64,000 nt of DNA from Dehalococcoidia bacterium (GTDB lineage: Bacteria > Chloroflexota > Dehalococcoidia > Bin125). Shown here piece by piece: positions 44,947-54,913 of this stretch. The translations under genes and the position numbers were made by a program. The first letter of the stretch is position 1. Each line of letters begins with the position of its first letter. Location: assembly GCA_963555985.3 (NCBI GenBank), contig OY820591.1:1664001-1728000 (forward strand). Reading direction: 5' to 3'. Under the pieces are notes generated by a model that did not search any database, had not been told where the DNA came from, and saw only the letters and a program-made list of their open reading frames with translations.

Positions 44947-47847
44947 ATGCCGGTGGAGTTGCCCATGACAGCCAATGACTTGGGAGCGGACTATCGAAAC
45001 GCTGCCGCCTCGGTTGCGGGGGTGCGCCGTTGGCTCAACCGACTCGGTGGCGGGTTCACGCGGGTCGCCGTGAGCGGTGAGACGGTGCGGTTCGAGAGTG
45101 GGATCGAGGGAGTGTCTGAGGTCGAGCTTGGGAGCATTGATGCAGTGGGACAGGAGCGCGGATGGTTGGGGACGCGATTTTGGATCGACGTTGCCGGCGG
45201 GCGGACGATTTCGGTTGGCGGTCTTGGGGCCGATGAGGTTGCGGAACTGATTGAGGCGATCGAGGGCAATGTTGCAGTGTCGGCGCGGCGGTTCGAGGCT
45301 TGGATTGGTGAACAGACTGCCGAAGTTGAGGGTTGGTTTCCTCAGGATGCCTATCTGCGGTACTCGGCGACGGAACCGCTGCGGGCAGGTTTGGAGTCTG
45401 TCGCCTCTCGCTTGTCCCGATATTCGGGGGCGCTGGTGTTGAGGAAGCTGTCGCCAGCGGCGCGGAACGCGCGTGAGCGGCTGGCTGATTTGTGCTCGGA
45501 CGACGGTTTCGAGCGAGCGCGGACATCGGCGAACGACCGTTATGTGAGCAGGGTGTCCGAGCGTGCCGCTGCGTCGATGCAGGCCGTGAGCGGCTTCGCG
45601 CCAATCGCCGAACAGGCAGAGGCTGTCGCCACGGACGAGGATGCGACGCTGGTGCTGGCGGGCGCGGGTACCGGCAAGACAGCGGTGATCACGGGCAAAG
45701 TTGCGCATCTTGTGGACGATCTTGGGGTTCCTGCCGAGGAGATCCTGGTGCTCGCGTTCAACCGCAAGGCGGCGAACGAGATTCGAGTGCGCCTCGGGGG
45801 GCGCTTGGCGGGCGTGGATGTGGCGACGTTTCATGCCTTCGGGCGGCACATTGTGGCAACGAGCGAAGTCGCCCCGTCGCTCTCGCGCTTTGCGGAGGAC
45901 GAAGCCCAATTGCGACTGGAGATCGATCGCATCCTCGTCGATCTAGTCAACGATCCGGAACAGGGCATGGAGTTGCGGACGTTCGTGCTCTACAACCTCG
46001 GCCAATACCGCGCTCCGCATGACTTCGATTCGCCGTCGGACTACTTCGAGTATCTGCATCAAGTCGAGCTGCGCACGCTGAACGGCGAACTGGTCAAGAG
46101 TCTGGAGGAACTCAAGCTCGCGAACTTCCTGGCAGTGAGCGGCATTCCCTACGAATACGAAGCCACATATCCGGTTGCGACCGCTACGCGCGCGCATCGG
46201 CAGTACAAACCGGATTTCTATCTGCCTGATCACGATCTCTACATCGAGCACTTCGGGGTGAATCGGCAAGGCGAGCCGCCGCCGCAGTGGAGCGATGCAG
46301 AGCGATCCGAGTATCGGCGCGGGATCGAGTGGAAGCGGGAGCTTCACGCCGAATACGGGACGCGCTTGATCGAGACCTACAGCTGGCAGCATCGGGAAGG
46401 GGTCTGGCAGCACACGCTGAAAGCGCGGCTTGAGCACGAAGGGGTCGGCATGTCTCAGCAGACCCCGAGGCAACTGACTCAGCGCCTACAAGAACTGATG
46501 ACAACCTCGCAATTGAGCCGGTTGCTGGTCTCGTTTCTGCGCCACGTCAAGTCGGGGGATCAGCAGCTGCCGGAGCTGCGCGCTCGCGCCGCGAAGTCGC
46601 CTGATCCGGAACGCAGCGCCGCATTTCTGGACGTGTTTGAGCAGATCAAGCGCGAGTATGAAGACACGCTCGCAGGGGAGTCCGACTTCGACGATCTGAT
46701 CAACCGCGCCGCTGAGCACGTTCGCGCCGGGCGTTGGAGCGTTCCCTATCGCTATGCGCTCGTGGATGAATTTCAGGACATCTCGCGTGGACGGATGCAA
46801 CTGCTAGCCGCGTTGCGGCGGCCGGGACTCGCGTACTTCCTGGTCGGCGACGACTGGCAGTCGATCTATCGGTTTGCGGGCAGCGATGTCTGGCTCTTGC
46901 GAGAGTGCCAGGAGTGGTTGGGGCACGTGCGCGAACGCTCGCTGAGCCAGACGTTTCGCTTCGGGCGCGGGATCTTGCAACCATCGAGCGCGTTCGTGCA
47001 GCGCAATCCGGCGCAGACGGCGCGCAGCTTGCGACCCGCCGAGCGAACGCCGGATTATGGCATCACCGTGATCTGGGCGACTGATGCGCGTGCCGGGATG
47101 GCGCAGTCGCTGGCCGATCTTGATGCGATTGGAGCCGAGACCGAGGCAACAGTAATGGCATTGACGCGGTATCGGAGGCGCGGACAGGCCGACGCTGCTG
47201 GCCGGCGCAAGGTTGAATTCAGCACGGTTCATGCGGCGAAAGGCCGCGAAGCGGACTATGTGCTGGTGTTCGATCTGGTTGACGTCCGGCGCGGCTTTCC
47301 TTCGCAGATGGAGGACGACCCACTATTGGATCTCGTCGCCCCGCCGGACGAGCCGTTCGCGTTCGCGGAGGAGCGGCGGCTCTTCTATGTAGCGCTCACG
47401 CGGGCGCGGCACGGGGTATATCTGATCGCGGATCCAACCCATCCGTCGCGATTCGTCACCGAGCTTCTTGAACAATCCGGCAATGCGATCCGGGTGATTG
47501 GGGACGCTGAGGCGATCGCGTCGGTTGAGGCTCCGCAGTGTCCCCGCTGCGGCGGGGGGCGCATGATCCGTTCGCAGAGCGGGCGCACTCTGCGCTGTAC
47601 GAACTATCCGCAGTGCGACCAGTTGGCTCCCTCCTGCGCGTGCGGAAACGGATATCTGATCGTGAATTCCGACGGCAACACGCGATGCACTGAAGCCGAT
47701 TGCAACCGGCGGCCGCGAAACTGTCCGGGATGCGGCTTTGGGGTGCTGCTGGAACGCGACGGGATCTACGGGCCGTTCTGGGGATGTTCGCGCTTTACCT
47801 CCGATCCGCCGTGCGGCTATACGCAAAACCGCTCTCCCCGCTCGTGA
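44947..47847 (+). CDS. UvrD-like DNA helicase IV (HelD type) with inserted nuclease-like domain and C-terminal Zn ribbons
   Basis: AGAGTGKT, LVDEFQD, VGDDWQSIYRF, STVHAAKGREAD, EERRLFYVALTR; insert KSLEE..IANFL-like...YKPDFYL...IEHFG; CPRC/CPGC ribbons. Confidence 0.9.
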   Translation: MPVELPMTANDLGADYRNAAASVAGVRRWLNRLGGGFTRVAVSGETVRFESGIEGVSEVELGSIDAVGQERGWLGTRFWIDVAGGRTISVGGLGADEVAELIEAIEGNVAVSARRFEAWIGEQTAEVEGWFPQDAYLRYSATEPLRAGLESVASRLSRYSGALVLRKLSPAARNARERLADLCSDDGFERARTSANDRYVSRVSERAAASMQAVSGFAPIAEQAEAVATDEDATLVLAGAGTGKTAVITGKVAHLVDDLGVPAEEILVLAFNRKAANEIRVRLGGRLAGVDVATFHAFGRHIVATSEVAPSLSRFAEDEAQLRLEIDRILVDLVNDPEQGMELRTFVLYNLGQYRAPHDFDSPSDYFEYLHQVELRTLNGELVKSLEELKLANFLAVSGIPYEYEATYPVATATRAHRQYKPDFYLPDHDLYIEHFGVNRQGEPPPQWSDAERSEYRRGIEWKRELHAEYGTRLIETYSWQHREGVWQHTLKARLEHEGVGMSQQTPRQLTQRLQELMTTSQLSRLLVSFLRHVKSGDQQLPELRARAAKSPDPERSAAFLDVFEQIKREYEDTLAGESDFDDLINRAAEHVRAGRWSVPYRYALVDEFQDISRGRMQLLAALRRPGLAYFLVGDDWQSIYRFAGSDVWLLRECQEWLGHVRERSLSQTFRFGRGILQPSSAFVQRNPAQTARSLRPAERTPDYGITVIWATDARAGMAQSLADLDAIGAETEATVMALTRYRRRGQADAAGRRKVEFSTVHAAKGREADYVLVFDLVDVRRGFPSQMEDDPLLDLVAPPDEPFAFAEERRLFYVALTRARHGVYLIADPTHPSRFVTELLEQSGNAIRVIGDAEAIASVEAPQCPRCGGGRMIRSQSGRTLRCTNYPQCDQLAPSCACGNGYLIVNSDGNTRCTEADCNRRPRNCPGCGFGVLLERDGIYGPFWGCSRFTSDPPCGYTQNRSPRS

Positions 47848-47898
47848 CTGGCTCGCATACCCTGAACGGCGTGCGACGGAGATGCAGGGAGAGATTTG

Positions 47899-48861
47899 AT
47901 GACTGCTCCACTTCCGGTGATCGTGCAGGGACTTGGCCCGATCGGACTGCGGATTGCGAAGGCGGCGCTTGGCGACTCCTTCCTTGAATTGGTAGGCGCG
48001 GTCGAGATCAACCCAGAGATGGCGGGTGAACCGCTGAGCAAGTTTGTCGATGGCGCCCCGGACGAGATCGTGATTCGGCGTTCGCTGGCGCAGGCTCGAG
48101 TGGACGCGCTGGCCGAAGGCGGCATTCTGCTGCATTGCACAGGGTCGTATCTCGACAGGGTGTCAACGCAGATCGAGGAGGCGCTACGCCAGGAGCTCCA
48201 CGTAGTGTCCACCTGCGAGGAGCTCTCGTTCGCGCACGCGCGGCACCCGGAGATCGCGGCGGGGCTTGACGTGCTCGCACGCCGGGCGGATCGGACCGTG
48301 GTCGGAACCGGCGTCAATCCGGGTTTCTTGATGGATGCGCTGCCGGCCTCGCTGTCGTCGATCAGCTATGGGATTCGCTCGGTCTCGGTGAAGCGGGTGC
48401 AGGATCCGAGCCGCCGGCGCGTGCCGTTTCAGGAGAAGGTGGGGCTGGGGTTGTCGGTAGCTCAGTGGGAGGAGAAGCGAGACGCGGGCGGGTTCGGGCA
48501 TGTGGGGCTTGAGGAGAGCGCGCGGCTGCTGGCGTATGCGCTGGGTTGGAAACTGGTTGACTGGCGTCACGAGATGGTTCCCTGCGAAGCGCCCGGTCAG
48601 GAACTGGTGCAGGGAACGCTGGAGACGCTTGAGGGAAGCACGTTCGACGGGCAGACAGTGCGGCTCCACTTCGAGGCGAACGCGGCCGCAGGTGAGGAGT
48701 ACGACGAGATCGCGGTGGAGGGGACGCCGCCGTTGCGATTGCGGTTTGAGGGCGGGGTCTTCGGCGACGACGCAACTGCGGCGTCGGTGTTGCGCGCAGC
48801 GCGGGTGATTCCACACACGCGCCGGGGGTTGGCGACCGTGCTGGATCTGCCGTTGCGGTAG
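47899..48861 (+). CDS. Dihydrodipicolinate reductase-like / diaminopentanoate dehydrogenase-like oxidoreductase
   Basis: GLGPIG, VVSTCEEL, GTGVNPGFLMD, GHVGL.ES, GDDAT. Confidence 0.82.
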   Translation: MTAPLPVIVQGLGPIGLRIAKAALGDSFLELVGAVEINPEMAGEPLSKFVDGAPDEIVIRRSLAQARVDALAEGGILLHCTGSYLDRVSTQIEEALRQELHVVSTCEELSFAHARHPEIAAGLDVLARRADRTVVGTGVNPGFLMDALPASLSSISYGIRSVSVKRVQDPSRRRVPFQEKVGLGLSVAQWEEKRDAGGFGHVGLEESARLLAYALGWKLVDWRHEMVPCEAPGQELVQGTLETLEGSTFDGQTVRLHFEANAAAGEEYDEIAVEGTPPLRLRFEGGVFGDDATAASVLRAARVIPHTRRGLATVLDLPLR

Positions 48862-48890
48862 ACGCGGGCGCGGGAGCGGAGTTTGCCGGA

Positions 48891-48940
48891 CCCCCCTCTG
48901 TCACTTCGTGACATCTCCCCCCGCGGTGCGGGGGGAGAGA
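48891..48940 (+). repeat. REP-like palindrome, family 2
   Basis: CCCCCTCTGTCACTTCGTGACATCTCCCCCCGCGGTGCGGGGGGAGAG; same layout as 24411 and 24528. Confidence 0.8.
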
Positions 48941-49034
48941 GTATCAGCGAGCTTCCGAAGAGAGGGGTGAACAACGCTTGTATCATGCAGGCCGCAGGCA
49001 GACGATTCCGCATCGCGGAGTGGAGGATGCGATC

Positions 49035-49547
49035 ATGGAGTTTGACGACCGAGAGTTCCGCGACATGCTGGGGCAGTTCCCCAGCGGCGTGACCGTGATC
49101 ACGACGGGTACCGAACCGAATTTCGTGGGCATGACGGCGCAGTCGTTTTCTTCGCTCTCACTCGATCCGCCCCTGGTGCTCGTCTGTGTCGACAAGAGCG
49201 CGAGTGTGCTGCCGCTGCTCAAGGAGACGGGCGCGTACACGGTGAACATCCTGCCCGACACGGAGATGAACACCTCCAACTTCTTCGCATCGAGCAAGCG
49301 CCCGGCGCCGCCGCATCAGTTCGATGACCACCCGCACGAACTCGGCGAGACCGGACAACCGCGTCTGGCTTGCGCGACGACCGTGTTCGACTGCGACATC
49401 TACGCAGTGCTGGACGGCGGCGATCACGAGATCATCGTGGGCGAGGTGAAGGCGTTCGCGCAGCAGAGCGAGGATGCGGAACCGATCATCTTCTACGGCG
49501 GCCAGTACCGAAAGCTTGGCCCGCCCGATCCGTCGATGAGCTGGTAG
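49035..49547 (+). CDS. Flavin reductase family protein
   Basis: FPSGVTVIT, SFSSLSLDPPLV, GGDHEIIVGEV. Confidence 0.94.
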   Translation: MEFDDREFRDMLGQFPSGVTVITTGTEPNFVGMTAQSFSSLSLDPPLVLVCVDKSASVLPLLKETGAYTVNILPDTEMNTSNFFASSKRPAPPHQFDDHPHELGETGQPRLACATTVFDCDIYAVLDGGDHEIIVGEVKAFAQQSEDAEPIIFYGGQYRKLGPPDPSMSW

Positions 49548-49552
49548 GAGCG

Positions 49553-50095
49553 ATGGACGAAGGTTCGCTGCTGGCGACGGAGCCACCGCTTCCGGCAGAC
49601 GATTTCGCGCCGGCGATCTGGGTGCCGTTGACGCGAGCGCTGCGCGCGCGCCGACGCCTGGTGACGATGGTGGACGCACTCCCAACGGATCTGTGGTCTA
49701 CGCCCAGCCGCGCGCCGGGCTGGTTGCGGCGGGATGTATTGGCGCACCTCGCCGCCTGTGATCGGCGCTATCACGACGTGTTGATCGCCGCGCTGAACGG
49801 ATCACCATTGCGGGAATGGTCGCCCGATCCGTCGTGGCCGAGCCCGGAGTTGGATCGAGCGAACACGCTTGGGCTGGAACGCTACGGCGACTTTTCGGCG
49901 GCGGAGCTCGCGGCGGAATTGCAAGCCGGAGCGGACAAGACCGTCAAGTTCCTCTCCGGCATGAGCGAAGAGCAAGTGTTGATGCGGATGGGTTTCGCGG
50001 CGAACGGGCTAGCGCTGCTGGAAGCCTGGACGACTCACGATCATCAGCACGCAGACGACGTGATCAACGGTCCGACGATGATGCGGGACTTCTGA
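49553..50095 (+). CDS. DinB/MDMPI-like metalloprotein
   Basis: PGW...DVLAHL and HDHQHADD His motifs. Confidence 0.75.
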   Translation: MDEGSLLATEPPLPADDFAPAIWVPLTRALRARRRLVTMVDALPTDLWSTPSRAPGWLRRDVLAHLAACDRRYHDVLIAALNGSPLREWSPDPSWPSPELDRANTLGLERYGDFSAAELAAELQAGADKTVKFLSGMSEEQVLMRMGFAANGLALLEAWTTHDHQHADDVINGPTMMRDF

Positions 50096-50104
50096 GCCGG
50101 GTGA

Positions 50105-50923
50105 CTACACCCGAGGCGCCCGGAGCAGCCGCTCGGTCGGTTCGGCTTCGACGCGGGCGATCATGGCGTCGACCAGTGCGTTGGCGAGCGAGTCCGCTCC
50201 TTGTTGCATGAGCATTTGCAAGAACGGCCGGCGAGAGCGGATCAGCGTCGTCCGCTTGGGGATACCGGCTTCTTCGGCTGCCCAGGCGACGGCGTCGTTG
50301 AGGTCGCCGAGTTCGTCGACCAGACCGAGTTCGTGCGCCTCTGCCCCAGTGTGGATTTCGCCTGAGGCGAGCTCGGCGACCTGGCCGCGATCGAGTTTGG
50401 GCCGGCCTTCTGCGACGATGTCGATGAAGCGTTGGTAGACCGAGTTGAGCAGCGCGTCAAGCTTGGCGTCCTCGGCGGGGGTGGCGTCGCGGAAGAGCGA
50501 GCCCATGTCTTTATGTTCACCGAGTGCGCGGGTTCGCATTTTGAGGCCGACTCGCTCAAGCAGCTCGGCGACCATCGGGGCCATCCAGATCACGCCAATT
50601 GAGCCGACGATCGAGGTGGGCAAGGCGTAGATGGGGTTGGCGGCGCAGGCGATCATGTAACCGCCCGACGCGCCCACGCCGCGAATGGCGGCGGCGACTG
50701 GCTTACGTTCGGCGAGTCGCTTGACGGTGAGATAGAGCGACTCCGAGGCGGCTGCGCCGCCGCCCGGAGAATCAATGTCGAGCACGACCGCGGGATAGCG
50801 GGGATTGTTGCGCAAACTGTTGAGCGTGCGGGCGAGGTCGCGCGGGTTGATCCGCGCGCCGATCTGTCCGGAGACTTCGACGACAGCGACGCGGGGCGGA
50901 AACAGATACTGATCGAGTTCCAT
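50105..50923 (-). CDS. sppA: Signal peptide peptidase SppA (36K type)
   Basis: IDSPGG, GASGGY, GSIGV, HKD, GLVDELG. Confidence 0.9.
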   Translation of the reverse strand: MELDQYLFPPRVAVVEVSGQIGARINPRDLARTLNSLRNNPRYPAVVLDIDSPGGGAAASESLYLTVKRLAERKPVAAAIRGVGASGGYMIACAANPIYALPTSIVGSIGVIWMAPMVAELLERVGLKMRTRALGEHKDMGSLFRDATPAEDAKLDALLNSVYQRFIDIVAEGRPKLDRGQVAELASGEIHTGAEAHELGLVDELGDLNDAVAWAAEEAGIPKRTTLIRSRRPFLQMLMQQGADSLANALVDAMIARVEAEPTERLLRAPRV

Positions 50924-51106
50924 GAGTGCAGTCCTTCAAACATGGCGGAGACACGGCGGCACTCTGGTCAGTGTATGGGCGCAGCTCGTATCGGATGGCC
51001 AATTCACTCCGGTCTTGCGTTGACTCTGGGCGGATGCGGCGCGATGATCTGTCGCGGGGAATGCACGATCGCCCCGCCCAGCGAGCAGGATCGCGAGGAG
51101 GCCGCC

Positions 51107-51484
51107 GTGAGTGAGACCACTGTTTGCCCGCTGAGCGAGCTACCGCCGGGTTCGGTCACTGCGGCGGAGGTGGACGGCGTGCGGGTCTGTGTAGCGAACG
51201 TGCACGGCGAGGTGTTTGCGGTGCAGGACAAGTGCCCGCACCTGTTCGCGCCGCTCTCGGTGGGCGACCTGAAGGGCGCGCACATCGTCTGTCCCTGGCA
51301 CGACTCCGAGTTCGACATGCGCACGGGCAAGACGAAGAGCTGGCTGCCGACGGGTATGTGGAACGTGATTCACAAACTGTTGCCGACGCCGCCGCCGTTC
51401 ATCAAGAACAAGATCGAGCCCGAGTACATCCAGACGTACAAGACCCGCGTAGCCGACGGGACGGTCTACGTCTCGGACGAGTGA
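51107..51484 (+). CDS. Rieske 2Fe-2S ferredoxin
   Basis: CPH...CPWH; GAGGAGG RBS before GTG. Confidence 0.9.
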   Translation: MSETTVCPLSELPPGSVTAAEVDGVRVCVANVHGEVFAVQDKCPHLFAPLSVGDLKGAHIVCPWHDSEFDMRTGKTKSWLPTGMWNVIHKLLPTPPPFIKNKIEPEYIQTYKTRVADGTVYVSDE

Positions 51485-51496
51485 GCGTTTGGACGA

Positions 51497-52318
51497 TCAG
51501 TCAGCGCGCGGTTGCTGGTAGATCCACCCGTTGACGGCGGTCATGCCTCCGTCGGCGACGATGCACTGTCCGGTGATGAAGGACGAGTCGTCGCAGGCGA
51601 GGAAGAGGGCGAGGCTGGCAATCTCTTCTGCCTCACCGCCGCGGCCCATTGGGGCCAGGTTCGCTTGACGTTCGCGCGTGGCTCGGAGATCTGCTTCGGT
51701 CTGCTCGGCATCACTGGGCAGTCCGAAGCGAGTGACGACCGCGCCCGGCACGATCACGTTGGCGCGAATGTTCAGGTGTGAGAGCTCGGCGGCAGCGGTG
51801 CGGGCGAGGGCATGGGCTCCGGCTTTGCCTGCGCAGTAGGCGGCAGCCCCGGGGACGCCGCTGATGCCGCCAATCGACGATGTGGAGATGATCGAACCGC
51901 CGCCGGCGCGCTCCATCAGGGGGATCGCGTACTTCATGCCCAGGAAGACGGCGCGCAGGTTGACGGCGATGAAGTCGTCGAAGATGTCGGCCGTCATATC
52001 GGCAATCGTGTGCGAGCCGCCGTCGCCTGGTCCTGCATTGTTGAACACGACGTGGAGTTCGCCCCACCGTTCTTCTGCGATATCGAAGGCGGCCTTGAGC
52101 TGTGATGCGTCTCGGACATCAGCGACAACGGGAACTGCCTGGTCGCCGATCTGGTCGGCAGCTTCCTGTAGGCGTTGCTGGTTGCGTCCAACCATGATGA
52201 CGTTGGCACCGTGTTCGGCGAAGAGTCGGGCTGACGCCATTCCCATGCCGGCGCTGGCTCCGACGATGATGGCGGTCTTGCCGTCGAGTTTGGGTTCGGC
52301 TGCGTGAGTGATTGGCAC
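51497..52318 (-). CDS. Short-chain dehydrogenase/reductase
   Basis: GASAGMG, NNAG, YCAGK. Confidence 0.93.
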   Translation of the reverse strand: MPITHAAEPKLDGKTAIIVGASAGMGMASARLFAEHGANVIMVGRNQQRLQEAADQIGDQAVPVVADVRDASQLKAAFDIAEERWGELHVVFNNAGPGDGGSHTIADMTADIFDDFIAVNLRAVFLGMKYAIPLMERAGGGSIISTSSIGGISGVPGAAAYCAGKAGAHALARTAAAELSHLNIRANVIVPGAVVTRFGLPSDAEQTEADLRATRERQANLAPMGRGGEAEEIASLALFLACDDSSFITGQCIVADGGMTAVNGWIYQQPRAD

Positions 52319-52348
52319 CTGTGGTGAAGTCCTCTCAGAACTGTGCGA

Positions 52349-53155
52349 TTAGAAGCCCTGGAAGTTCGGTTCGCGCTTCTCGGCGAAGGCTCGCGGGCCT
52401 TCCTTGGCGTCCTCGGTTGAGCGGGCGATGACCATGGCGTGGTCGGCCATTTCGAGCGATTCGTGCAGGCCGGTTTCGGCGGAGCGATAGGCGAGACGCT
52501 TGATCATCTGGACCGAGACAGCGGGCATCTTAGCGATCTGCTCAGCCAAGTCAAGCGTGGCGGGCATCAGCTCGTCGTGTTCGACGACTTTGCTGACGTA
52601 GCCCATCTCCAGTGCTTCCTGAGCGTTGAACAGCTTGCCCGTCCACATCAGTTCGAGCGCCTTGGACATGCCGACGATACGGGGCAGGTAGTAGGCGCCG
52701 CCGTCGCCGGGGATCAGCGCCATGCGCACGTAGGCCATGCCGAACTTGGCCCGGTCGGAGGCGATCCGCAGATCAGCCATCGAGGCCATGTCCATGCCCG
52801 CGCCGACAGCCGCGCCATTGACGGCGGCGATGTAGGGCTTCTCGCAGTTGAACAACGCTCGCGGAACCCGCTGGACGGAGTTGCGCAGCGAATTGCGGTT
52901 GGCGGCGGGCGCATTGGGGTCGCCGCCGAGCACGTCTGCGCCGGCGCGTTCGCGGCTGACATCTGCGCCGGAGCAGAAGCCGCGGCCCTCACCGGTGACG
53001 ATGATCACGCGGACATTCTGGTCGACCGAGGCGCGAGTGATCGACTCCTGCCAGGCGTCGAGCATCTCGTTGGAGAAGGCGTTGAGCTTCTCCGGGCGGT
53101 TGAGGGTGATCACGGCGATGTGATCCTGGACGTCGTAGAGCAGTTCGTCGGTCAT
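52349..53155 (-). CDS. Enoyl-CoA hydratase/isomerase family protein
   Basis: ITLNRPEKLNA, FCSGAD, AAVNGAAVGAG, AFAEKR.P.F. Confidence 0.93.
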   Translation of the reverse strand: MTDELLYDVQDHIAVITLNRPEKLNAFSNEMLDAWQESITRASVDQNVRVIIVTGEGRGFCSGADVSRERAGADVLGGDPNAPAANRNSLRNSVQRVPRALFNCEKPYIAAVNGAAVGAGMDMASMADLRIASDRAKFGMAYVRMALIPGDGGAYYLPRIVGMSKALELMWTGKLFNAQEALEMGYVSKVVEHDELMPATLDLAEQIAKMPAVSVQMIKRLAYRSAETGLHESLEMADHAMVIARSTEDAKEGPRAFAEKREPNFQGF

Positions 53156-53193
53156 GGTTCTTCTCCTGTTGAGCGGTCTGAGCTGATGGCGAC

Positions 53194-53985
53194 CTAGTTC
53201 ATCCGCATCCCGCCGTCGACGTTGAGCGACTGGCCGGTGATGTTCTTGGCATCATCGGAGGCGAAGAAGACGGCGGCCTTGCCGATGTCCTCGGGCGTCT
53301 GCTCGCGCGCGAGCGGCATGTTGGCGGCGATCACCGCTTCGAAGCGCTCGCGCCGGTCGACGACTTCCTCGGTGTGGTCGCCGGCGAACATGCCTTCGAT
53401 CTGACGCCAGAGATCGGTCCAGAGCAGGCCAGGGCAGATCGCGTTGACGTTGATGTTGAAGCGTCCGAGCTCGGCGGCCTGGGATTGGGTAATGCTGATC
53501 GCGCCGGCTTTGGAAGCCGAGTATGAGGCCATGCCGCCGCCGAGACGACCGGCAATCGAGGCAATGTTGACGATCTTGCCGCCGCCCTGCTCTCGGAAAT
53601 GCGGAGCGACAGCCGACGTGACTTTCCAGATGCCCTTGAGGTTGACCTCGTAGCAGCGATCCCAGTCGGCCTCGGTTTCGTCGGCCCCGAAGTTGTCGGG
53701 CGGGACGCCGGCGTTGTTGACGAGGATGTCGATCCGGCCCATCTGATTGATTGCCTCAGCGACCTGCGAGGCGATCGAGTCTTCGCTGGTGACATCCATC
53801 TCCAACGCGATCGCAGTGACGTCGTGACCATCCTGCAACTCGCCGGCGGTGCGAACGGCCTCGTCGCTCAGGAGGTCGCAGATCACGACGTTGGCGCCCT
53901 CCCTGGCCAGTTCGGTGGCGATGCCTTTGCCGATCCCGCGCGCTGCGCCGGTGACCAGCGCGACTTTCCCGTTCAATCGTCCCAT
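53194..53985 (-). CDS. Short-chain dehydrogenase/reductase (paralog A)
   Basis: TGAARGIG, NNAG, YSASK. Confidence 0.94.
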   Translation of the reverse strand: MGRLNGKVALVTGAARGIGKGIATELAREGANVVICDLLSDEAVRTAGELQDGHDVTAIALEMDVTSEDSIASQVAEAINQMGRIDILVNNAGVPPDNFGADETEADWDRCYEVNLKGIWKVTSAVAPHFREQGGGKIVNIASIAGRLGGGMASYSASKAGAISITQSQAAELGRFNINVNAICPGLLWTDLWRQIEGMFAGDHTEEVVDRRERFEAVIAANMPLAREQTPEDIGKAAVFFASDDAKNITGQSLNVDGGMRMN

Positions 53986-54055
53986 GAATTGACTCCAGTT
54001 CTAGCTAGCGATCAGCCTAACGGCCGTCTGCGTACGCGAGTCAGCAGGAGCAGAA

Positions 54056-54082
54056 GTGGTCGGATTTGTTCGGTCCTGTTCG
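54056..54082 (-). repeat. Short 10-bp phased repeat array
   Basis: - strand CGAACAGGAC CGAACAAATC CGACCAC. Confidence 0.55.
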
Positions 54083-54091
54083 GGTTCCGGC

Positions 54092-54883
54092 TCAGTTCAT
54101 GCGGATGCCGCCGTCAACGTTCAGCGCCTGCCCGGTGATGTTCCTGGCGTCGTCGGAGACCAGGAACGCGACCGCCTTGCCGATATCTTCGGGCGTCTGT
54201 TCACGACCCAACGGACAGGCGGCGGCGAGCGCAGCCTCAAAGCGGGCGCGGCGGTCGACCACCTCGTCGGCGTCATCACCGACCAGCATCCCCTCGAGCT
54301 TGCGCCACATATCGGTCCAGAGCAAGCCGGGGCAGATCGCGTTGACGTTGATGTTGAAGCGGCCAAGCTGGGAGGCCTGCGATTGGGTGATGCTAATCGC
54401 GCCGGATTTGGACGCGGAATAGGCCGCGATATTGCCGCTGCCGCCGCGACCGGCGATCGAGGCGATGTTGACGATCTTGCCCCCTCCCTGTTCTTTGAGA
54501 TGAGGAACGAGCGCGCTGCTGACCTTCCAGATCGCCTTCAAGTTGACCTCGAAGCAGCGATCCCAGTCCGACTCGACCTCGTTCTGGCTGAGATGGTCGG
54601 GAGCGACACCGGCGTTGTTGACCAAGATCTGAATGTCGCCCAGTTCGGCGCGAGCGCGTTCCACAGCGGACTCGATCGAGTCCTCGCTGGTGACATCCAT
54701 CTCGACCGCCATCGCTCGGCGTCCCAGAGCTCGGATCTCGCCGGCCGTAGCTTCGGCGGTCTCGAACAACAAGTCGCCGATGATCACGTCTGCGCCTTCT
54801 TTGGCGAGTTCCAGTGCGATCCCGCGTCCAATGCCGCGCGCGCCGCCGGTGACGAGGGCGGTGCGATCATCGAGTCGGCCCAT
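54092..54883 (-). CDS. Short-chain dehydrogenase/reductase (paralog B)
   Basis: TGGARGIG, NNAG, YSASK; strongly similar to paralog A. Confidence 0.94.
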   Translation of the reverse strand: MGRLDDRTALVTGGARGIGRGIALELAKEGADVIIGDLLFETAEATAGEIRALGRRAMAVEMDVTSEDSIESAVERARAELGDIQILVNNAGVAPDHLSQNEVESDWDRCFEVNLKAIWKVSSALVPHLKEQGGGKIVNIASIAGRGGSGNIAAYSASKSGAISITQSQASQLGRFNINVNAICPGLLWTDMWRKLEGMLVGDDADEVVDRRARFEAALAAACPLGREQTPEDIGKAVAFLVSDDARNITGQALNVDGGIRMN

Positions 54884-54913
54884 CCGATCATCCCTGTCCA
54901 AGTCCAAGCGCGT

